49,556 nucleotides of DNA. It comes from a bacterium (GTDB lineage Bacteria > DRYD01). Where the stretch lies: positions 1 to 49,556 of the forward strand of contig JBCNVB010000024.1 of assembly GCA_039630415.1 (NCBI GenBank). The letters run 5' to 3'. This document shows, one piece after another, positions 9,884-18,468 of the stretch (its first letter is position 1; each line of letters begins with the position of its first letter). Made by a program: the position numbers and the translations under genes. The notes under the pieces were generated by a model. It was not told where the DNA came from and did not search any database. It saw only the letters and a program-made list of their open reading frames with translations.

Positions 9884-10902
9884 TATAGACTTTCTGCGAA
9901 TTTACCAGTTCCTATGGCTACACATGCTATTGGATCTTCCGGAATATTAACTTTTATACCAGTTGCTTTGGAAATTACTATGTCTAATCCTCTTAGAAGA
10001 GCTCCTCCACCTGTTAGAGTTATTCCTTCTTCTATTATATCAGAGGCCAATTCTGGTGGTGTTAATTCCAGAACAGCTTTTACGGTATCTACTATTTCTC
10101 CAACTGGTTCCCAGAGAGCTTCCATGGTATCTCTTGAGCTTATTGTTATACTCTTTGGAAGCCCCGTAAATAAATCTCTACCCTTTACTTCGATTTTCTT
10201 TTCTTCTTCTAATGGTACAACAGTTCCTATAGCGATTTTTATTCTTTCAGCTGTTTGTTCTCCAATTAGAAGATTATAGTTTTTTCGGATATATTTTGAG
10301 ATAGCTTCATCCATTTTGTCACCTGCAACTTTGATAGTTCTTTTTACTACGATTCCCCCTAGAGATATGACTGCTACGTCTGTAGTACCTCCACCTATAT
10401 CAACGATCATGTTACCGCGTGCGCTGTTAACTTTCAGATTTGCTCCTATAGCTGCGGCCATGGGTTCTTCTATGATATAGACTTCTTTTGCTCCTGCTGC
10501 CATTACTGCCTCTTTTATGACCCTTTCTTCTACACTGTTATACTCTGCAGGAATACAAACCGCTACTAAAGGTTTGAATATCGAAGATAAAGGAGAATTT
10601 TTCTTTACTTTATTAATATAGAACTTTATCATTGCTTCTGCTGCTTCATAGCTTGCTATTACTCCATCTCTTATTGGTCTTTCTGCAACTATATGAGATG
10701 GAGTTCTTCCTATCATATCCTTAGCTTCTTCTCCAACAGCTAATACTACATTTCCTTTCTTTTTATCTATAGCAACTACCGATGGCTCTTTTAGTACTAT
10801 CCCTTTACCTTTTACATACACTAACACACTATTTGTCCCCAAATCTATTCCTATTCTTTGGTATAATCCTGATAATAGACCGTTAGATTTTTTAGTATAC
10901 AT
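9883..10902 (-). CDS. mreB: Rod shape-determining actin MreB/Mbl
   Basis: IGIDLGT, EEPMAAAIGA, VDIGGGTT, LTGGGALL. No mreCD nearby; the position after murA resembles Firmicute mbl. Confidence 0.93.
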   Translation of the reverse strand: MYTKKSNGLLSGLYQRIGIDLGTNSVLVYVKGKGIVLKEPSVVAIDKKKGNVVLAVGEEAKDMIGRTPSHIVAERPIRDGVIASYEAAEAMIKFYINKVKKNSPLSSIFKPLVAVCIPAEYNSVEERVIKEAVMAAGAKEVYIIEEPMAAAIGANLKVNSARGNMIVDIGGGTTDVAVISLGGIVVKRTIKVAGDKMDEAISKYIRKNYNLLIGEQTAERIKIAIGTVVPLEEEKKIEVKGRDLFTGLPKSITISSRDTMEALWEPVGEIVDTVKAVLELTPPELASDIIEEGITLTGGGALLRGLDIVISKATGIKVNIPEDPIACVAIGTGKFAESL

Positions 10903-12223
10903 TGGTTATCTCCTTGTGGTTTTCTATAGTTATTTCTGAAATGTTAGCTCCTAAAGAGTACAGTTTTTGAGTTATATTTTCATATCCCCTGTATATTTGA
11001 TAAGTATTAGTAATGATTGATTTTCCGTGGGCTATAAGACAAGCAGTTATAATAGCTGCACCTCCGCGAATATCGGTAGCCTTTACGGGAGCACCTTTAA
11101 GAGTTTTTCCTCCTCTTATAATAGCAAACTTGTTGTTTACTACATCTATATCTGCTCCTAATCTTAATAACTCACCTGTATAAACAAATCTATCATCAAA
11201 CAAGTTTTCCCTTACAACAGATATACCATTTATCGAAGTGGCGAGAGCCACTATTTGAGGTTGAAGATCTGTTGGAAAATTGGGGTAAACGTCTGTAGAT
11301 ACCTCAAAAGAACTTAACTCTACATCAGAATCAATTTCTATTTGATCACTATAAAACTTTATCTTTATACCTATCGAACTCAGTACGTCCCATAACTTAG
11401 ATAGCATAGTTTTTACTGAATAATTTGGATTGTTATTATCTTGAATAATTATGTGTCCTCTGGTTGTACAGGTTGCAATTGCGAATGTTCCTGCTTCTAT
11501 TCTGTCTGGTATGTTGTCTACTATCACCAAATTTTCTGGATTTGGTTTTGATGGATGTATCTTTAAGCATCTTTGTTCAGTAAAATATTCTATTTTAAAG
11601 CCATTCATTTTGAGAAAATCCCATAGGTAAGTTATTTCTGGTTCTATAGCTACGTTATAAAAAGAAATGGTTTTTTGAATTTGGTTGGATACAAATAATC
11701 CTAGGAAGGTAGAATTTTTAGTAGCTCCTACACTTGGGATCCAAAAATTAATCTCAGGGTTAACATTATGTGGATCAAAATCTTTGACTATGACGTTTCC
11801 AGAGTCTATGTCAACGTTAAAACCTAGCTGTTTTGTTATCCATAGATGCATATCTATTTTTCTATTTCCTATTAAGCATCCACCTGGGAAAGGGATAATG
11901 GCTTTTTCAAACCTATAAACTAGAGCTCCGAGAAGATCAAAAGAAGCCCTCATTTTGGAAGCTAATTCCCAGCTTATTTCATACCTGTTTGCACTTCTTG
12001 AATCTATCGTGAGTTCCCAACCGTTATAATCATACTTACAGCCTATACCTTCCAAGATCTTCAGCATAGTATGAATATCTTCTATGTTTGGGACATTTCT
12101 TATTTTAGTGACGTTATTTAGTATTATACTACAAGCTATAAGTGGTAAAGCACCATTTTTGGAACCTTGAGGAGAAAAGTATCCTCTTAGAATGTTTGGT
12201 CCTTCACAGACTATGTTTTTCAT
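10892..12223 (-). CDS. murA: UDP-N-acetylglucosamine 1-carboxyvinyltransferase
   Basis: GSKN, MRAS, PGGCLIG (catalytic Cys loop), PDRIEAGT, FPTDLQ, TDIRGG, RGYE. Confidence 0.95.
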   Translation of the reverse strand: MKNIVCEGPNILRGYFSPQGSKNGALPLIACSIILNNVTKIRNVPNIEDIHTMLKILEGIGCKYDYNGWELTIDSRSANRYEISWELASKMRASFDLLGALVYRFEKAIIPFPGGCLIGNRKIDMHLWITKQLGFNVDIDSGNVIVKDFDPHNVNPEINFWIPSVGATKNSTFLGLFVSNQIQKTISFYNVAIEPEITYLWDFLKMNGFKIEYFTEQRCLKIHPSKPNPENLVIVDNIPDRIEAGTFAIATCTTRGHIIIQDNNNPNYSVKTMLSKLWDVLSSIGIKIKFYSDQIEIDSDVELSSFEVSTDVYPNFPTDLQPQIVALATSINGISVVRENLFDDRFVYTGELLRLGADIDVVNNKFAIIRGGKTLKGAPVKATDIRGGAAIITACLIAHGKSIITNTYQIYRGYENITQKLYSLGANISEITIENHKEITNVY

Positions 12224-12461
12224 CCGTGTCTATCAGTACTAACACACTGTTTGATTGTATTTTTATAACTCCTTGTTTACACTTGTATTTTATAATCTCA
12301 TTATCAATGGTTTTAATAACTACCATAGAATTTTTGTTTATGGAGCTCATAAAGTCTGTATGATAGGGATATATAATTAGTTCACCTTCTCCTGTATCAA
12401 TTTTGAGTTCTCTTATCTTCAAAATTTTCGAAAAATATGGAGTACTTACTCTACACTCCAT
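12204..12461 (-). CDS. atpC: F1 ATP synthase epsilon-like subunit, N-terminal domain only
   Basis: STP, GEGELIIYPYH (compare EGELGILPGH) and GVIKIQSNSVLVLID (compare GFLEVxxNxVTILAD); atpC-murA synteny. Confidence 0.7.
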   Translation of the reverse strand: MECRVSTPYFSKILKIRELKIDTGEGELIIYPYHTDFMSSINKNSMVVIKTIDNEIIKYKCKQGVIKIQSNSVLVLIDTDEKHSL

Positions 12462-12516
12462 ATTGTATGGATTCTATAAACTATCCAATATACCTTTCTT
12501 CTCATCTATACTATTT

Positions 12517-12533
12517 TTTACACTTTTTTTACA
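12517..12533 (+). promoter_or_regulatory. Direct-repeat box TTTACA-N5-TTTACA, copy 1 (OmpR/PhoP-like geometry)
   Basis: TTTACA at 12517-12522 and 12528-12533 (11-bp period), in a divergent intergenic region. The same motif occurs at 22789. Confidence 0.55.
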
Positions 12534-12586
12534 TTAGCGTCAAAATTTGGACTTGGTCATACACATCTATACACATAGAAAACTAC

Positions 12587-12614
12587 AACTTAAACTAAAG
12601 GGAACTTAAACTAA
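12587..12614 (+). repeat. 12-bp direct repeat AACTTAAACTAA upstream of the RBS
   Basis: Copies at 12587-12598 and 12603-12614. ATACACAT also occurs twice, at 12559 and 12569. Confidence 0.8.
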
Positions 12615-12625
12615 GGGGGTAAAAC

Positions 12626-14362
12626 ATGAGTGCTGTAAATAGTTTAAACATTCTGAACAATCAAATTATCAACGACAATATTCTTGTTAAAGACAATGTT
12701 CAAAACAACCAGGTAGCTAATGTTAATCACGAAAGTGATCAAAAAAGGGAAAGTATTCTTACGGATCTATTAGGTATAGATTTATCTAAAATAGATTTCA
12801 AAATAGATTTGCCTAAAATAGATTTGTCAAAATTAGATTTATCCAAGTTAGATATAAAGAAGATGAGTAACAGTCTAGTGGGAGCTGTATTAGGTGGGGC
12901 GTTGGCTTACATTACATTCAGTGCTGCCCTAATACCTATAGTTTTTGTTTGTCAACTTATACTCAGTGGAGGGTTGCCAATTAGAATACCACCAGAAATT
13001 GTTAAGATCCTAACTTCAATTTTGGAATTGTCAATACAATCGCTCAAATATCTTCCACCTGTAGCAGGAGCTATTGCAGGAGCTAAAAATATTAATAAAA
13101 TTGCTGAAAATGTTCAAAATCCCGCTAATCAAGCTGAAATCAGTGATCAAATTGACCACTTAAAAATAGCTTTTGAAAAATTTAAAAACAGTCAATCTTT
13201 GGATGATCACATTATTAATGGTTTTAATTTAGGTACTATTTGGGGTAAAGAGACGAATGCCAAGGCTGGTGAAATAGGTAGTTTACCTTTGGCTTTAGCA
13301 ATGGGTGCAGTTATGATGGCTCCGCTCGCTTTACTAGTTGCAAGTTTATTAGCAGGTAAGATGAATATATGGCTTGCACTCGGAACAGGTTTTCTAGCTT
13401 CATTACCTTTGGCTACAAAAACCTTTAGTGCTGTAAAGAATTTTGCAAAACAAGCTTATAGTTTAATAGGGGGAGCTATATCTGGAGTTGGTGGTGCAGC
13501 ATGGGGATATATATCCAAACTCATCAAAACTATTAAAGAAGGATACAAAGAAGAGGAACAAAAAGATGAGTTCCAACAAAACAGCCCCTATAAAACTCTA
13601 GGACTGCAACATTTGTTTGAAACTGGTGGAAAACTAACTGAAAACTTTATAAAAGGAACTTCTGATGTTCTGTCTTTTTCTTCTCTTATCAATAATATTT
13701 TAACTCGCAACCCTACGGGACTAGGAGTGATATCTTCTATTATTGCTGGTACGATCAAATCTTTTGAGGGATCTTCTACGCTTATACAAGCCGCTGCCAA
13801 CAATAGACCCCAAGATTTTAACAAAGGAATATTCAGATTACTTACAGGTTTGTCTTTATTGTTTAGCTTCTTAGCACCACTTTTTGGACCTATGGGAATA
13901 CTTGTTTCAAGTCTAATATCACTACTCTTCATGGCTCTTGAAAAAATCTCTAGTTTGAAGCAAGATCAAAATCTACAAGATAATCAAAACCAAAATGATG
14001 AAAAAGTCAAGCAAGAAAAGAATGAAAAACTTAAAAAAAGTTTTGCTATTGGGGTGGCTATTAGAGAATTTGTAAGTAGTTTAGGAAGTTTAGGTAAATT
14101 CTGGATGGGATGGGATTCTCTTTTTGGAGGTAATTATGGCGGATTAACATCCATATTTGGATTAATTGGATCAACCAGAGATATACTACAGGGTTCTAAA
14201 TTGATGCAACTTGCGGTAGAAAGAAGTAACCTTAAAATAGGCATAAAGGGTTTAATGAACGTAATAGGTGGTATTTGCCTAGGATTAGCTGCTATTGGGA
14301 TGGGTAAAGTTTTTGGAATTGCTGCTGTTGTTATAGAACTAATTAAGCTTATGCTAGCATAA
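12626..14362 (+). CDS. Hypothetical 578-aa Gly/Ala-rich hydrophobic protein (translocator/pore-former-like); paralog of the next gene
   Basis: GGGGG RBS, N/Q-rich N-terminus with no signal peptide, IDLSK repeats, many Gly-rich hydrophobic helices, duplicated C-terminal module. The functional label is inference. Confidence 0.8.
   Translation: MSAVNSLNILNNQIINDNILVKDNVQNNQVANVNHESDQKRESILTDLLGIDLSKIDFKIDLPKIDLSKLDLSKLDIKKMSNSLVGAVLGGALAYITFSAALIPIVFVCQLILSGGLPIRIPPEIVKILTSILELSIQSLKYLPPVAGAIAGAKNINKIAENVQNPANQAEISDQIDHLKIAFEKFKNSQSLDDHIINGFNLGTIWGKETNAKAGEIGSLPLALAMGAVMMAPLALLVASLLAGKMNIWLALGTGFLASLPLATKTFSAVKNFAKQAYSLIGGAISGVGGAAWGYISKLIKTIKEGYKEEEQKDEFQQNSPYKTLGLQHLFETGGKLTENFIKGTSDVLSFSSLINNILTRNPTGLGVISSIIAGTIKSFEGSSTLIQAAANNRPQDFNKGIFRLLTGLSLLFSFLAPLFGPMGILVSSLISLLFMALEKISSLKQDQNLQDNQNQNDEKVKQEKNEKLKKSFAIGVAIREFVSSLGSLGKFWMGWDSLFGGNYGGLTSIFGLIGSTRDILQGSKLMQLAVERSNLKIGIKGLMNVIGGICLGLAAIGMGKVFGIAAVVIELIKLMLA
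12776..12862 (+). repeat. Degenerate 15-bp coding tandem repeat (I/L-D-L-S-K), about 6 copies
   Basis: IDLSK IDFK IDLPK IDLSK LDLSK LDIKK; DNA units resemble ATAGATTTATCTAAA, and one unit is 12 bp. Confidence 0.9.
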
Positions 14363-14390
14363 ACAAATAAAAAACAGGAGTTCTAACAGT

Positions 14391-15695
14391 ATGATTAGTA
14401 AAATTATTCAAAACAATATAAAACATACAAATAATGATGGAGTGAACAAAAGGGTAAATGATTCAAATGGTAAAAACAACAAAGAAGACATACAGACATT
14501 GAAAATAAAATCCGATCAAGTTCAAATATTAAATCAGGATGATAGCAATATAAAAAATAAACAAATTATTACGGAGCAAGATATATTGTCATTTGGTTTT
14601 CTAGGTTTTACTATATCTACTGCTGCATTACCCTTTGTTGCAGGAGTACTAACAGGATTTTGTTCTCTTATTTTGGGTTTAATTTTAGGTTCTGGGTTGT
14701 TTAATACTCTTCCTGCTCATATTATACAAAAATTGCATTTAATTTATGGAATTTATCTTGGTTTGCTTGCTGTTGGTACACCATTTGCGGGATTCAAAGC
14801 TGGTCAGGAAGCTGCAAAACTAATTTTTTCAGACAAAACTGAGGAAAACTACAAAAAAGGTATTGAATATTTGAAAAAACTTAAGCCGTTGGAATTTGAA
14901 TTTGCTTGGGATTCTATTAATTTTGGGACTAAACTAGGTGATATTATAGGTAGAAATGTTTCATCTAGTGTGAGTTTACCGACTAGTATAGCTACCAGTA
15001 TAATAGCAGGTGCTCCTATTGCTTATGCAGTTAGTAAGCTTATTCCCGGTAATTTAGCTTTAGCTACAACTGCTGGAGTATTAGCTTCCTTACCTGTGGT
15101 GATCAAAGCATATAATGCTACTAAAGAGGTATCTAAAGATGCTCATGCTTTACATAATTCAATTATTTCTGCTGGACTTTTATCAATTGTTGGTATAATA
15201 GGTGAGATAGCCCTAGCAATCGTGAAATTAATCGATGTATTATTGAACCCAAGTAAGCTATGGAATCAGAATAAAGATCAAAGCGATAAAAATCAGACAG
15301 AAGGGGAATATTCGGTTATTGAAGCTGTTAATAAGATCAGTAAGAATTCGTTTAATTTACTTAAAAGCTTTTCTAAGGGGGTAGCTGAAGTGTTTTCAGT
15401 AGCAACTCCCATAACTAATCTTATATTGGGCAAAATTACACCAGTTAACGTAGCTTTGTCAACATATAGTGGTATTGTAAAATTATTAAAAGGTTTGAAA
15501 GATAATTCTCCAACAAAGTTAATTGATATTCTAAGTGGTGCAAGTTTGATAATATCCCCTATAACTGGTTTATTTGGTCCTATTGGAATAGCTTTGTCTG
15601 CAATTATAACCCTTTTACTTGAAGTCCTAAAAGATCTATATAACCTACAACAAAAGGTGAATCAAAAGGTAAAACTAGGTAAAGGATATAACTAA
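14391..15695 (+). CDS. Hypothetical 434-aa Gly/Ala-rich hydrophobic protein; paralog of 12626-14362
   Basis: AGGAG RBS and N/K-rich N-terminus. Shares NxGTxxG, SLP, GxLASLP and LFGP(M/I)GI with the upstream protein. Confidence 0.8.
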   Translation: MISKIIQNNIKHTNNDGVNKRVNDSNGKNNKEDIQTLKIKSDQVQILNQDDSNIKNKQIITEQDILSFGFLGFTISTAALPFVAGVLTGFCSLILGLILGSGLFNTLPAHIIQKLHLIYGIYLGLLAVGTPFAGFKAGQEAAKLIFSDKTEENYKKGIEYLKKLKPLEFEFAWDSINFGTKLGDIIGRNVSSSVSLPTSIATSIIAGAPIAYAVSKLIPGNLALATTAGVLASLPVVIKAYNATKEVSKDAHALHNSIISAGLLSIVGIIGEIALAIVKLIDVLLNPSKLWNQNKDQSDKNQTEGEYSVIEAVNKISKNSFNLLKSFSKGVAEVFSVATPITNLILGKITPVNVALSTYSGIVKLLKGLKDNSPTKLIDILSGASLIISPITGLFGPIGIALSAIITLLLEVLKDLYNLQQKVNQKVKLGKGYN

Positions 15696-15713
15696 AGTAT
15701 AGGGGGTGAAAAA

Positions 15714-15941
15714 ATGGAAATAAGAAATCAAAATGTTAATCAAAACCCAGCGCAAAATGCACCAATATCGGGAAGACCATTCTTCCCATTCCCTATAGAA
15801 AATCAGGAAAAAAATAACCAAGAAACGCAAGATGTACAACAAAATATACAAGATTACACTACTGATAGGGTAGTAATACAGAATAATAATCCAAATAGTA
15901 TGCCTTTCTTCCCGTTTCCAATAGAGAATCAGGGTAGATAG
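15714..15941 (+). CDS. 75-aa N/Q-rich peptide with a duplicated PFFPFPIENQ motif
   Basis: Strong RBS AGGGGGTGA; fills the gap between genes; the two motif copies differ only at synonymous sites. Confidence 0.85.
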   Translation: MEIRNQNVNQNPAQNAPISGRPFFPFPIENQEKNNQETQDVQQNIQDYTTDRVVIQNNNPNSMPFFPFPIENQGR

Positions 15942-15946
15942 GTTTA

Positions 15947-16954
15947 ATGAGAATAGACCAATTAGACATATTAAGGGGAGCTGCGATCTTATTTATGGTC
16001 GTGGCTAATTATTCTCCATACTATATTGAAAAACCATCGGAAATTTTGAGAATAATGTATACATTCGCAGCTCCTCTTTTTGTTTCTATAACCGGTTTCC
16101 TAATGTATAAAAACAAAATTGAAAAAGACTATAATGTGAACTACTTTGTTGTTAGGGGTGTTTTGCTAATAATTACTGCTAGTTTACTTGAAATGATTGG
16201 TTATAGAATCTATCCTTTGATGTCTGTTGATGTACTTTGCTTGATAGGAAGCTGTACTATTCTCTTGCCAGTTTTGCATAAAGTATGGAAATATTTTAAC
16301 TTGTGGAGTATTTTGATCATATTTATACTCACTATTTTTTTGCAGAATTTATTTGGATATAATCAACAAGCATATGAAATTACGATAGGTACTCCTATAA
16401 CCTTGCAGGAATACTTTGTAATTACTATCAAACAATTTTTCATTGATGGATATTTCCCTATATTTCCTTGGGTTGGGATATTTATGCTGGGGTTTGCATT
16501 CTATGATCAATTATACAAAGAAATAGTTATCAAAAACAAAATGGCTATGATATTTTTATTTTTTGTATTTAGTTTTATACTGGTTAACACGGAAAGATAT
16601 ATAAGGGATGGTTATGCAGAATTATTTTATCCGCCAGATTTTATTTTTCAGGCTTGGGCTACTTGCTTTTTATTTATCTGTTTTTATATGATCAACTTTA
16701 AAAATTACTACGTCCAGATAATAGGTAAATCATCGCTATTTTTCTATATTTTCCATTGCTTATTTGTAGAGTATATCCTGCAAAATATAAATTACACCAA
16801 ATACATTTTGAACAATGATTTTCCTCATATAAACTTTATTATCTCAGTTGTAATAACTTTCATACTAATGCTCTTAATCTCTTTTTATTTTGAATATCTA
16901 AAATCAAAGAAACCTAATATGCCTTTCATAGTTAAGTTTTTCATAGGTTCATGA
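15947..16954 (+). CDS. Membrane acyltransferase-like protein (HGSNAT/DUF1624-like)
   Basis: RIDQLDILRGAAILFMVVAN, AAPLF, DVL, FPIFPW, IGKSSLFFYIFH; about 9-10 TM segments. Confidence 0.8.
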   Translation: MRIDQLDILRGAAILFMVVANYSPYYIEKPSEILRIMYTFAAPLFVSITGFLMYKNKIEKDYNVNYFVVRGVLLIITASLLEMIGYRIYPLMSVDVLCLIGSCTILLPVLHKVWKYFNLWSILIIFILTIFLQNLFGYNQQAYEITIGTPITLQEYFVITIKQFFIDGYFPIFPWVGIFMLGFAFYDQLYKEIVIKNKMAMIFLFFVFSFILVNTERYIRDGYAELFYPPDFIFQAWATCFLFICFYMINFKNYYVQIIGKSSLFFYIFHCLFVEYILQNINYTKYILNNDFPHINFIISVVITFILMLLISFYFEYLKSKKPNMPFIVKFFIGS

Positions 16955-18030
16955 TCCATAAGAAGATATTGTTGCTCTACTTATGGAGTAATCTTAATTT
17001 TTTCAAAATAAGGCGGTTACTAGAAAGATTTGGTAATCAGGATCTTGACAAAAAAATTGATGAGGTATATAATTACGCAAATATAGATCAAAAACAAGAT
17101 GTTATTCTTGGAGCGTACAACATAGATTATAACATGATAAAGGATAGGATGAAGGTTTTCATTGATCAAGATTTTCCTGATTATTTGTTTGAAAGTGACT
17201 GTGGTTTAGTTTTTTATAAGGGAAACTGGGATTTTACAGATAGGAAGTATATAAGGGTGTCAATAGTTGGTTCTAGAAAACCTCTAAACATTTCCTCGGA
17301 GTTTGTTAGTAAGCTTTTGTTTTACTTGTCTGATATTAGTAATATTGTTGTTGTAAGTGGGTTGGCAACTGGAATAGATACGATAGCTCTTGAACAAGCG
17401 ATAAATAACAATATCGGAGCTACAGCTATACTGGGTAATGGAATAGACTACTATTACCCCTATCATAACAAAGTTTTACAGACTAATCTTTTTAAGAATG
17501 GTCTAGTTTTTTCTGAGTACCCACCTAATCATCCTCCTAGAAAATACTACTTTCCTTATAGAAATAGGTTAATTGCAGCAATGAGTGATGTGGTAGTTGT
17601 TGTTCAAGCCTCTGAAAAGAGCGGAAGTATAATAACTGGTAAATATGCTCTGGAGATGGGAAAAACTTTAATCGTTCCTTATCTTTCTAATACCGAAGAT
17701 TTTGAAGGATCAAAGCAGCTGATAAACTCTGGAGCAATTCTAATATCCAAACCTCAGGAAATCTTAAACTATCTACCATTAAATTTCTTAAAATCCAATA
17801 CAAAAAGCCATATGCAAAACTTACAAAAGACACAAAATTATCAAGAATATCAAGACGAAATAATCAAAATAGTAAGATTAAATCCCGGTATAACTCTAGA
17901 AAAAATTGCACAAATTACGGAGATTAATCTACCAGAACTAATAAAAATTGTTACAGAGCTTGAACTACAGGGAAAATTACAACTAGAATTTGATTACTCT
18001 CTTTTTGTAATTGATAAAAATATAGACTAA
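16951..18030 (+). CDS. dprA: DNA-processing protein DprA
   Basis: SIVGSR, VSGLATGID, SEYPP, FPYRNRLIA, SGSIIT, and a C-terminal winged-helix segment (ELELQG). Confidence 0.95.
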   Translation: MIHKKILLLYLWSNLNFFKIRRLLERFGNQDLDKKIDEVYNYANIDQKQDVILGAYNIDYNMIKDRMKVFIDQDFPDYLFESDCGLVFYKGNWDFTDRKYIRVSIVGSRKPLNISSEFVSKLLFYLSDISNIVVVSGLATGIDTIALEQAINNNIGATAILGNGIDYYYPYHNKVLQTNLFKNGLVFSEYPPNHPPRKYYFPYRNRLIAAMSDVVVVVQASEKSGSIITGKYALEMGKTLIVPYLSNTEDFEGSKQLINSGAILISKPQEILNYLPLNFLKSNTKSHMQNLQKTQNYQEYQDEIIKIVRLNPGITLEKIAQITEINLPELIKIVTELELQGKLQLEFDYSLFVIDKNID

Positions 18031-18084
18031 AAACGAAGGAGAAAATAAGGAATTTAAGTAAAAATAATGATGGAGGTATAATTT

Positions 18085-18468
18085 ATGTGTAAAAAAGCTA
18101 TGAAGGGTATGATAAATATTTCAGCAACGGCATTTTTCATACTAATAATAGCTTTCTCACTTATATCTTTTATGGGTTTTATAAGTAATTTTTCAACGAG
18201 TGATAGGTTATATGTTTTTTGGCAAGGATATCATCTAGCAGACTCTTTCCTAGTAAAAATTCAAACGAATAACCTATCCGGAGATCTGATTGTTAGAAAC
18301 GTACCTTATCAGGTAGGAACTCCACAGGAAGTAGGAAGAGCTTACATGAGTAGCAATAATATAATAATAGTTTCTCCTCACCCCTATAAATATCAAACAA
18401 GAGTCAGAATAGTTTTTTCCTCCGGTAGTATACAAGAATACCAAGTACTGAATATACCAACGAATTAG
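18085..18468 (+). CDS. Hypothetical protein with a prepilin-like N-terminus (minor pilin/pseudopilin-like)
   Basis: GGAGG RBS; basic leader KKAMKG followed by a single hydrophobic helix and ...QGYHLADS; lacks Glu at +5. Confidence 0.5.
   Translation: MCKKAMKGMINISATAFFILIIAFSLISFMGFISNFSTSDRLYVFWQGYHLADSFLVKIQTNNLSGDLIVRNVPYQVGTPQEVGRAYMSSNNIIIVSPHPYKYQTRVRIVFSSGSIQEYQVLNIPTN

Noticed and set aside
10892-12223. MurA as fosfomycin-resistant or degenerate
   Set aside because: The catalytic Cys (PGGC) and other key motifs are intact; the differences look like ordinary divergence.
12559-12862. Repeats as a CRISPR array or iterons
   Set aside because: Units are too short and too few, there are no spacers and no cas or rep genes, and the longer repeat is in-frame coding sequence.
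15714-15941. Assignment as a true microviridin/graspetide precursor
   Set aside because: There is no TxKYPSD core, the prolines would break the leader helix, and no ATP-grasp ligase is in the window. Kept only as a resemblance.
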